A stretch of 63,528 nt of DNA, counting the filler, from Hyphochytrium catenoides (lineage: Eukaryota; Protista; Hyphochytriomycota): the NCBI GenBank assembly GCA_900088475.1. It is 5 parts of 5 records of this genome, joined end to end, with 100 filler letters (N's around TTAATTAATTAA, not from the genome) between each part and the next. Parts side by side here need not be neighbours in the genome. Positions count along the whole stretch, not along the records: positions 1 to 29,567 come from FLMG01000264.1; positions 29,668 to 50,283 come from FLMG01003759.1; 3 more parts are not named here. One strand, 5' to 3'. Each line of letters starts with the position of its first letter. Position 1 is the stretch's first letter. Under the pieces are notes generated by a model. That model did not search any database, was not told the DNA's origin, and saw only the letters and a program-made list of their open reading frames with translations. This document shows positions 20,736-31,294 of the stretch, piece after piece. A program made the translations under genes and the position numbers.

Positions 20736-23700
20736 CTACATCATCGTGAACCCTGTGATCTCCATGTCTAGAACCTGAAGAGAAACATGTCATCAGACAC
20801 CGGCCGCTAGCACATCAACGCCACAAACAGGCGGGAGGAAGATAAAGACTGCACGTAACAAGTTGTCTCAAGGGATTGATGGCTGGCTAGGGAGATACAA
20901 AGATAGTATAACAGAATTGCTAGTATCGACCGCAGCTGGGACCTTACCATAGAGAGATAGCTGTGTAGCTCTTCTTTCGAGCTGTATAAAGGAAGATCCA
21001 ATCTGCGTCCCCAGATTATCAGATCGCCGAGTCTACAGATGAACGTTAAATGGCTACCACGTACCTATTGAAACAGGTATGAGCACGAGGAAACTTGGCA
21101 TCTGCAGTGCCAGCAAGGCGCACTGTGTGGATGGCAAACCGCTTGATACGCCCGTCGTGACTTGTCAGGGCCTTGAAACCTTCGAGAGGCACCTTTGTGG
21201 AGCCAGTCGTAAATTGCAAGAACTTGGCCTTCTCAGCCTCCGACATCGCTTCCATCTCTTCCCAGAACCACTGCAGAACCAACTCTTCTTGTCTCATGGG
21301 AGCAGTGGGATCTATGTAGAAGACGTCTGTATGCTCCTTCCAGTCCTTGACATCGATTTCTCTGACACCTGCAGAGCCAGTAAGACGTCCACATCCTAAA
21401 ATATGTCGAGAACCAACAATGAAGACTACGAAGAGAGAGAAAGCTCGGAAATTTGGGAGCCCCAGCGCGGAACATACCGCAGACAAGGAGCTCTAGCTCT
21501 TTGTAATCGAAAGGCAGGTAGAGCTCGTCGGGAGTAATCTCCTTGAAGCCATCCACCATTGCGGATAACTGCTCCGCGACAGCACCGAACAGCTTATATT
21601 TAATAACCAAATCGATGTACTCAGCCTTATTGGCGTCAGTGACCTTAAGGAGCGCGCCAACAAGTTAGATGCAAAGGTATGCAAAACACGACCAGCACTC
21701 GAAGTGGTCTAGCAGGCGGCTACACTCACAGCGATGTCTGCGCCACCGGGCGTTAACTCCACTGTGTGCGAGCCGCCATTGCCATCGGACTCTTGCTGCA
21801 AAAAGAGGAGTGCAGACAATGGTTATGGACTGATTGTGGCTAGAACTGAAGGAAGCCGGAGCTGCCTGAAGTAGAAACAAAGCCCGAGATGAAGGAGCTT
21901 ACCATCGAGAAGTCCAAGCAGAGCGACTCCGCCCCGTAGTTGTCCCGAAGCCATAGCAAACTGTTATAGAATTCTTCATCCACATAGACTAGGTCCTCAA
22001 TGGTAACCGGATACCCGATCAAATGCTGGAGACAGCGGGTAGGACGCAAGGCGAGTGAGAGTCCAAACGGACGACGTTCTTCTGAAAACACAGCTGAACA
22101 AACCTTTAACAGCGGCACAGCGAAGTTGACAGTGAAGAGTTGGTTCTCCAAGATCGCCTTACCAAGCAACCGGCCGACGAATCTAAAGTACTGCAAGTCC
22201 AGAATAGACAAGAACCGTTATGATAGCGTCAGTCTTAAGGCTCTTATGGTATGATAAGCATAGCTCCGACGTTGACTGTGCCACGAACCTTAAGATGGTC
22301 GGGCAAAGATGTGCCGGAGGCAGGGTTTATCCAATAACCACCCTCCTCCGTTCTCGTCGCGCAAAACAGACCAAGCTCTTGAGAAAACAATCGCTGCTCA
22401 GACAGTAGTTAGAAGATGGGCTTAAGAGCAAATCAAGCACAACGAAAGTAACGGCGACACTATGGTCATAGGAGAAAATATCTTCCGGCTCCTCACCTCA
22501 TTGAGGACAGTGTACCATTCCCTCAGAAGACCCCCAGCGTCGTAGCCCAACTCATCTAAAAACTTAACTCGGAGACGCTGGCGCCAGATGGAAGGCGGAA
22601 GCTCCAAGAGTTGCATGCTATCACGCAAAATGTGATCCCTATCAACGGCTAGGGAGGAGATGTTAACGAGACTGTTGCTAGTGACGAGGATCAGATGCGC
22701 TAAGATGTTCCCTAGCAGAGAGCAGGAGAGTTTGTGCCAGTTGCAAAGCGGACGTACTGATCTCAACATAGCTGGCGTGGGAGAGAACCACCCACTTCGT
22801 TGTCTGCCGGAACAGCCACTTCGATTTCTGCTTGAAGGGAAAACTAGACAGCTCCTACCAGCATAGCGAGGGGACGATAAGTGGGCATATGGTGATGCCA
22901 AACGCCCTCGCTCATAAGCAATAACAGTATGAACGTACCCCAAAGGAATGATACTGATAAATGTCAAACTCTTCTAATTTGCGGAGCTCAGCATCAGGGG
23001 TTTCCTCTTCTGTTGGTTGAGAAAGGAAAGGTTAGCACGAACTGCCCTTTGATTCGTCCGCACCCACAAAATGCGGCTTTGGGAGTACTGACCTAAGTCC
23101 ACAAGCTTGCATTCTCCCTCCTTTGTCATTTTGAGCCAGAAGGCTGGTACATATTCTTTCGGAGGGTCCTTCGAGATGGCGCCCTCTTCCATACGCGCAA
23201 GGTCTTCCCGCACTGCCTCAAGCAAAGGAAGGGACTAGGTTTGGAAGAAAGAAACCAATGTCAGCGAGAACAAGCGGATGAAAGAATCCGAGCCTTGGTT
23301 GGCTGAAACGGAAGGGTTTTATCAATCTACCTTCGACGCTGAGTTGAAATCTGGTTGGGACCTAAAAATAGCAAAGCAGCGTGGTCAACAACCAGCAAAA
23401 GGTACTCTGCGCATCCCCCATCCAAAAACCTCGTTAACTCTTTGATAGCCTTCCTGTCGGCCCATAACTCATCTCATTGCCTTGCATAGCTGTCGTTTCT
23501 GAGTCTGAACAACGTACTTTTTGGGTTCCTTCGGTTTCACCGAATCCAGGTCTGTCTTTATAGAGAGTAGCTTCCCCATTTGCTCAAATATGTCACTTCG
23601 ACGCTATAGTGCATACCATCTTTTAGTCGTGTATGCGCAGAGGATGTGCAACAGGAACTGGGAATGCGAGCTGGGAAGCAAGGAGCAAAGCAGGAAAAGT

Positions 23701-25057
23701 ACAAAGTTGGGAGAGGATAAAGCACGTGGCCGAAGAGACGTACCCAACGCCACCCAGTCTGTGTCCTTTCTACATGGAACTGGAATCTGTCTCTTGAGCT
23801 ACGCTGTCGGCTATTTAGAGTATACAAGCCACACTTACGGATCGTCGTAAGGGATGCCGGAACTGGACTTTCCTTGCCCTACGCATAAATCAACTAATCA
23901 GCTGCCAATACGCTTGGAGCCCTCCGAGCACGACCAAGGCGAAGAGCAGTACAAAGAGACGCGCCACAAATGGAATTGGACGGGCCAATGCAGGTGGTGG
24001 GTCAAGACTCGAAGGCGGATTATAGTTACCTGCGTCCCCTTCACCATCGAAAGGACGGCGTTGCGTCCTGACCAGCCTTTGACCGACGACTGTCCAACGG
24101 TGCTGCTTGTAGCCTCCTCTTCCGCAATAGTCTTTTCTACAAACTCTGCATAACCGTAATGGGGTAAGGCTGAATAGCTGTTTAGAAGAAAGAGAAGAGA
24201 CACACTCTGTTGAGAGCAAGGACACAGAAAGAGAGGAACAGAGAGAGAACAAGGGGACTGAACGCAGAGGCCTAGTTTGAGACAAGGTGCACAAACGGTA
24301 GACAGAGAATATTTTCACCTCTGGTTGTGCCACACATGACACATGCCTTCTTGAGAGGATGATTGAAGTGGCAACAAATGGAGCAACACCACTCCGTTCC
24401 TCCCGTCTCCAAGAAGCTATCAAGGCACACAAGCAGGGTGGGGGGACTATTATCAATGGAACGACGAGAAGGCGGAAGAGAAGGACTCTCACCTGTCTTC
24501 CAACGCGTAGCGCCTCTCCCCTCTTCTGCGGCTTAGATATTCCTCGTATGTCCGTAAAAATTGTCGTCTCTTTAGAATCCCTATGACGCAGCAGATCAGG
24601 CCGATGAGCCCACTGATCAGCAGACTGACCAACGAGGGGACAGTCTGCATCGGGCTCAAGGCCGTCCCGTTAGAAGGGGAAGGAGCGGGAAGTGGCGGGG
24701 TAGGAGAAGTGGGGCTCGGAACAGGGGTTGGAGTCCCGGTAGTCGGACCAGGACTCCCGGGACCGGGAGTTGTGCCATTAAGGCCTGCAGTTTGGAGCCG
24801 CCTGCAGATGAACAAAGGAAAACGTGTTAGGGACCAGAGAGACCACGAGAGGGGGACCGCTTGAAGAACAACTAGCCCAAAAGACCATGCCGACCGCAGG
24901 GTATAAGGCTACAAGTTTCTTGCCAAAGAGGGAGAGAGGTTCGCTGTGCTAAGACCCACCTTCCTAACTTCTGACTTTCAGCTGTCAGCCGCCCCACCAA
25001 AAGGAGCAGTGCTAACAAGTAGGCAGCCTTGCAGAATAAACCGGAGCACGGCTTCAT
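20736..25057 (-). CDS. HECT E3 ubiquitin ligase with signal peptide, Pro/Thr/Ser-rich ectodomain, one TM helix and RanBP2-type zinc finger
   Basis: HECT motifs VDRDHILRDS, RLRVKFLDELGYDAGGLLREWY, FRFVGRLLGKAI, ELELLVCG, LQWFWE, FLQFTTGSTKVPLEGF, catalytic PRAHTCFNRLDLP, C-terminal GFTMM*. N-terminal YLLALLLLVG; TM LVSLLISGLIGLICCVIGIL-KRR; finger WCCSICCHFNHPLKKACVMC. Confidence 0.92.
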
Positions 25058-25515
25058 GGCGACGGGATTCTCGTGGATGGTTCCTCCCGGAAGGAGGACC
25101 GGTTGCTTCGACCCTTTATCCCGCCATGAGCTAGGTGCCAAAGGCTGGGCACCTGCCGGAGTTCGCAAAGGCTGAAGCTTCTTCAAGACAGAGGTTGTCG
25201 GATGAGCCCTTCCAACTCTCTTAGAGGTTGATTTCCTCTTCCGCAATGCCAACTTTAGATCTCGTCGATCTGCCTCTCAATAAGCTCTGTATCTTACTCT
25301 CCCTATCGCAAGCTGGTGCGATGTTTTCTCTTGATGTTGAGCTACCCAGGTGATGATTTATCTCGGAAGCTCAGGACCGGGCTGCTCTCACCTCCCTGAC
25401 GTTTATCTCCTCTCTCTCACTGTTTCTCTTGCTGTGGACGGCATCTGATGTCAGAGGTGAAGCACCGAGCCAAATTTCTGCTGCTTGACAAAGTGTATGA
25501 AGCGCGAGGCATGAT

Positions 25516-25714
25516 GAAGAGAGAGCGAGGGGGGGAGAGAGAGAGAATGTTTGCTAGGAGAACGGAGATTCCTTGCATTGGTTCCTAAGAAGAGAAGAGA
25601 AGGAGTCCGTCAACTTTCCTCACAATGCTGGGATCCCTCTCTCTCTCTTTTGCTCTCTCTCTTCTTTCTCTTTCTCTCTTTCTCTCTCTTTTTCTCTCTC
25701 TCTCTTTCCCTATG

Positions 25715-25755
<41 letters not shown>

Positions 25756-26900
25756 CTCTCTCCGTTTCTCTGTTTCTCTCTCTCTTCCTCCCAGTTCGTT
25801 CTCCTACCTCCAGTGTGGGAACTCAGAAGCTGTGTCACGCTCTATCTCTGTCTGCTCTGTCTTTCACCTCCCATCTCTCTTATTCGCAGGCAATACCCAG
25901 TTTGTCTCTATATTAGAACTACATAGGACATATCAATGCCTCTCTTTTAGCTCACCTGTGAATCTCTTATTTACTCTGTCTGTCTGAATTGTACCGCCCC
26001 AGCCCGCATCCTTCTGTTATGTACGATGCTCCTCCACGACTAAATCTTACACTCACTCTGTCTGACCCTCTCCATCATCAGAAAACCCACATTTTCATAT
26101 CTCCTGCGAGCTCTTTCTCCCTGAAGGAGTTTAGAACAACCACATTCCTTGCCCAGAAAAGTCCTTCCCTTTCTTGCCCCTTGTCTCTGCTCCGATAAAA
26201 AAAGGACATATAATAACCTTTTCTCGGCCTCTACAGGTCCCAGTCGTACTACTATTGGCAAGAGTGCGTTATACAGCTTTTGACTACATCTTCAGTTCTT
26301 ACTACGCCCTCTTCCAACACAAGCGCTCGTGCTGGACTCAAACAGGTCAAGGGGAGAAAGAATAAGGGACGAGGGTCTGGAGTCGGGAGGGAGGAAGAGT
26401 GCGTCCATGGTGGTAGACAGAGAAAGGAAAAGACTGCGGAAAGATAGGGCAAGAAGGGATGTGAGAGATAAGATTGGGGCGAGAGAGAGAGTGTGACGGA
26501 GAGCGAGTGATAAAAAGAGAAAGAGAGGGAGAGAGAGAGAGAGACAAGAGAAAAAGAGAGACAGAGAAAAAGAGAGAGAAAAGAGGAGGAAAAGCAGAGA
26601 GAGAGAGTGACGCAGAGTAAGAGGGAGGAGAAGAAACGAGAGAGAGTGACAGAGAGGGAGAGAGGGAAAGGGAGAAGTAGAGAGAGCGACAGAGAGTAAC
26701 AAGAGAGAGAAAGAGAGAGAGAGAAAGAGATGGAGAGAGAGAGAGAGCGGGTACAGAGACAGAGAAAGGAAGAGGAGGAAGAGGTACTGTTTCACTGGGA
26801 GTGTTAGGAGGAAGAGAGAGGGACAATAATATGGACAAGATGTCAGAGAAAGTGAGTAGATTATAAAGGAGCAGAGAGACAGAGAAGAAAGAAGGGAAGA
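25516..26900. repeat. Low-complexity (CT)n-rich block followed by a (GA)n-rich block
   Basis: Pyrimidine tract at about 25635-25790 and purine tract at about 26440-26890. ORFs here are Ser/Leu or Arg/Glu artefacts. Confidence 0.85.
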
Positions 26901-28362
26901 AGCTTGAGGTAAAGCAAGGGTCAGACATTGGAGACGTTAGTCGCAAGGAGATGGTGTCGTTGGGCACAATGGTCAGAAACGCTCCCATGTTCAAGCGCTT
27001 GAGAGGAAGGGCTCGTGCCTTTTGGCATCTGGACTCAAAAAGGAAGCCTCACATCAGCCAAACGCAATACTGGTGGAGAAGGAGGGAAAGTGCTTTTGAC
27101 AGGGAGAGAAGGACGTGTGGGTTAGTTGATCATTAATAACAGAAGGAAAATTAGAGGCAGCCCTGTGGAGCCAGACGGGGAGCGAGACTGCACCAAAGAA
27201 CCAGTAGAGGATGAAGCTGAACGCGTACAACTCCCCCATGAGTCCAGCACAGGAATGTCTGCCGGACTCAGGCTTTCCTTACTATCGCTTCTTCTACTAT
27301 TGGCTTTGGCCGTTATGCATCCTGCTTTACTTACCCACCCCGAACTCACAAGCCTGCTCTATTCTTGATGTCATTGGTTGTTGTCAGTGAGTATTATGCA
27401 GAGGCATCGGCAAGTATTTTATGGCTTTCATCAAGACACAGCGCTCCTGAATGTCAGAGCGGCTCAGTTAGTTAGATTGTAGAGGTGCAAGGAACTTCTG
27501 ACTTGATGCGAAAGTTGAAGGAGGACGGGTATCACAGAGCTCATCCCCGAGACCAGCATGACGGGCAAGAAGGGGAAGTGTGCCTTTCATGATGCTTGGA
27601 TCACTGATTTAGTTGTACAAATAATAACACCAAGAAATCTTCATTCCTTCTACATGTAAGGCCAAGGAGATGACAGGGGATGGGAGGGTGTTGACGAAGG
27701 TCCGGCGTGCGCACGACAGTCATTAATGGCCGCTGCCTATTCCGCTCCTTCCAGAGCTGTTGTGTTCTTTTAAGCTTTACCACTGCCTCCGCGTGCAAAG
27801 AGAATATAATGAATGCCGAGTAGTCCGGCTTGGGAGGATGGTGGTGATTAAAGTTATGGTCATTGGATATCTGTAGAAGAATGCTCTTTTCCCGGGACCC
27901 AACCACCGTCCCAACATCAGAAGGCGAAGAATGAATAGAAATCCGTAAATAATGCTTATGGCCGACATGTGCTAGGAGGTACCCGCCTGCAGGAGGAAGA
28001 CTGCGTAGCTTTTTCTAGCAGAAGACCCAAAAAGCACCTTCTAGATGTCGCCTCGCTAAACTCTACAAATCAGGCTTTTTAAGTAGAACCACCTGCAAAT
28101 GGGTAACCCACGCAAGCATGCCCAGCAGCATCAAAGATACTTGCCGGCCTAGCACCTTAGATATCATATCACCTAAATTATCTCTAAACGCTGCAGCCTT
28201 TTGTAGCTAGAATGGGCTGAGCATTGACGACACATCTCCAGAGAGAAACACCACTCACAATTGCCAAGGCGGAAGGGTGACGGCGTTGGAGTTCATGGTA
28301 CGTGTCCACCAGTTTGTGGTGAGGCCTCTTCTCACCTTACCCGCAGGCCCTAGCCAGAATAA

Positions 28363-28692
28363 CAGATAACTTCCCTCTTTTTATTATGACTTCTGCGCCC
28401 TGCTCTTGCCTTTTCCTGTCTCCATAGCGGCGCTTAGAACTACATGGTCACTGCCACTGCTGAACTCTTTGGTTCTATTCCTCTTCACCGAGAGCGAGTT
28501 TTATTAGAAGAAGGCAAGCCAGTCATTGTATCATTGACTAGCAGATAACTTCCCTCTTTTTGTTATGACTTCTGCGCCTTGCTCTTGCCTTTTCCTGTCT
28601 CCATAGCGGCGCTTAGAACTACATGGTCACTGCCACTGCTGAACTCTTTTGTTCTATTCCTCTTCACCGAGAGCGAGTTTTATTAGAAGAAG
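28363..28692. repeat. Direct repeat, 2 x ~151 bp with 3 mismatches and a 28-bp spacer
   Basis: CAGATAACTTCCCTCTTTTT...TTATTAGAAGAAG at 28363-28513 and 28542-28692. Confidence 0.93.
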
Positions 28693-29567
28693 TTAATCAG
28701 GTTTAAGATACACGCTGGTTCAGCATTGAAGACAAGGACACAATTGGCACTGGAGAGGTAGGAAGTGCTGAAAAGAACAAGAACTTCAACTCAGACGCAG
28801 ATTCTGCCCTGACGCTAACCGTCCCTCTCATTCAAGTCGCCTTTGCTCCTCGTCAGATGCTGCCGTAGCGAGACTCATCAGCAGAAGACAGTGGACAGTG
28901 GACTGCCGCTGCTGCTACGCTCACCCATCATCCATCTTCCTTCCTCCGTCCCCTTCGTTGTCTGCTACCCAGTGTGAGTTGTTGCTGCTGAAGTGCAATG
29001 GGTGTTGTAGTTCTACAGCGGAGGAGGAAAGGAAAGTATAGGCTGATAACAAGGACAGAGGGACAAGTCTGTTGTTCCAGGCTCATGTCTCTGGCACTCT
29101 GGGGTGTCTCTTCTCCTTGAGTTCTCATCCCCCCCCCCCTCTCTCTGTCTCTGTCTTTCTCTCTCTCTTCCTTCTCTTTCTCTCTCCAAATCTCTGCACT
29201 TCTTGTCCCTCATCAAACCTCTCTAAACCCATCTCAATCTCTCTCTCTCTGTCTATCTCTCTCTCTATCGCTCTGTCTCCCTCTACCAATAGGACCGCAC
29301 ATCTGCCTGTGAGGGTTGGCAAGCAAGAAGGTGCGCACAATACCGCTCTCTGTCAGTTACAAGGTTTATCCCCATTCTACAATGGGGTAGCTTATTTAGA
29401 ACCCTCAGCGTGCGTAAACACTCCTCGTTTGTGCGCTTAGCTCTCAGGAGCATTTCTAAGATCACAAATGACCCACATTGACCCGTACTACTTGATGCTA
29501 AGCCCCTTTAGCCCTAACAGTCGATGGTACTACTACTGCGAGGCACAGTTCAGGAGGGTTAGATCAG

Positions 29568-29667
29568 NNNNNNNNNNNNNNNNNNNNNNNNNNNNNNNNN
29601 NNNNNNNNNNNTTAATTAATTAANNNNNNNNNNNNNNNNNNNNNNNNNNNNNNNNNNNNNNNNNNNN
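29568..29667. other. Artificial contig linker
   Basis: N44-TTAATTAATTAA-N44, a six-frame stop spacer. Confidence 0.97.
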
Positions 29668-31294
29668 TTCGTCGCCATTGTCTCCTTCCTGCTATTCTCC
29701 TCGGTTTGGGAGTTGTCCTCCTCACGTTACAACTCGCTTATAGGGAGGACGCAGTAGTACTCACAGACGACACCAATCCTGGCTCCTATTTATGTGGTAA
29801 CAAGTCCGAGCTACTATTAGTGACAAGGCAAGAGGGGAAAAAGCTTTGCTGTTATAGCCTTTTCTTGCTGTCAATGATGTACAACTTCATCTGTTTGCTA
29901 GGCGGAACTCTTCTTCATATTGTCCCAATTGGAGGAATATCGGCGAACTCTTTTATTTGTTGATCTCTAGAAGAAAAAAGATCTCTCCCGTTGTACCTCC
30001 CGCAAGTGTCGTGGGAAAACTGCGAAATCTCTGAATGAACGCTTTCAGAATCTGAACTGACTACTACAGTACTACTACTACAGGATCTGAATTTCTGGCA
30101 CGGAAACTGTAGGACCTGACACTCCAAAGACATAAAGTCTCCATCCAATTGAACTCTGACTGACGCTCATCAGGTCATCAGTACTGGCAGTAGTCTTCGC
30201 TTCTCTTCTCCCCTTTCTTTTTTTCTGGTGGAGATGTTCTACGAGTACCGTTCATTTGACCTTGAAAGAATGGCTTAGGGCTATCTTTGATAGGTGTGGG
30301 AGTGTAGGTCTTCCTCTCTCATGTCTCACTACCACCGCTTACAGACGAATCTCTGTCCTCTTGCAACGTTGCAATGCTGAAATGGTCTTCCACCGGATGC
30401 CCCTGCCTGCGCATATGGAGGATGCGATCTTGGGTCAGCTTCCTGGAGCTGTTGCCGGAGGTCTTCTCTAGTACGCTGTAGTGGTGGTGTGGTGGAGTGT
30501 GGAGGTGGTAGAGACGACGGTACTCGTAGGCTATGCATAACGTCTAGTATGTACTTATTCCGCTTATTAGTTTCTCCAACCCGTAACTAAATAAAAGTAC
30601 TTTACTTGGAAAGTACCAGAGAATCCCCAGGAAACCCGTGCGACTCTGCAGCGTCCACAAGTACACCCTCAAATCTATCAGTCGACCCCCAGGTGGACTT
30701 ACCAGTGACCGACTAAAATTGTTCCCTGCAAATGGAAGGGGACATGGCGCGTGACACTACTTTAGGCGGTGGGCTTGGTCGTTACAAGATCCACAAAAAA
30801 GGATCGTCCATCTTGCACTCTTCACATCCTCAGCTGGTCGAAGGCTGTCGATGACACTCTGATGCCTGATTCCGCCACTAAAGCTTTCTGGTGGTGATGG
30901 GCCGGGAGAGCGTGAAGATGAGAAGGTGAATGGCTTGCTAACAGCGATGTGACGCTATGATACGAACGGCATCGCTATATCCTTGACCGTATGGGAAGTC
31001 TTCGGTGGTGGCTGTTGCACATCGCCCATGCTGATTGAAGACACATGGTCAGGGCTAAGCTGCTCTACAAGTGGCAGTTGCCAGATTAGTATCTGATGCT
31101 CGACATGTCGCAGAGTCTTTGACAACCGATAGCACTGCCGAAGTCGAAGCGTATGTTTACCTTATAAGTCGCGACTTGAAACACAAAGCATTCTCCCGTT
31201 ACTCATTGTCGAATCCACTGCTGTGTGAGACTCTCTCTCGCCTGAGAATTTCGCCGTGCAAGGGAAACTCACTAAGGACTAGTTTAGGTGTTTA

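Noticed and set aside
25551-26994. Long Ser/Leu-rich ORFs that look like membrane proteins (also at ~51300-54000, 54591-54884, 61909-62319)
   Set aside because: They are translations of CT/GA low-complexity DNA, which lacks stop codons.
29612-29623. Palindromic TTAATTAATTAA as a biological motif or piggyBac site
   Set aside because: It occurs four times, always centred in exactly 100 nt of N padding, so it is an assembly spacer.
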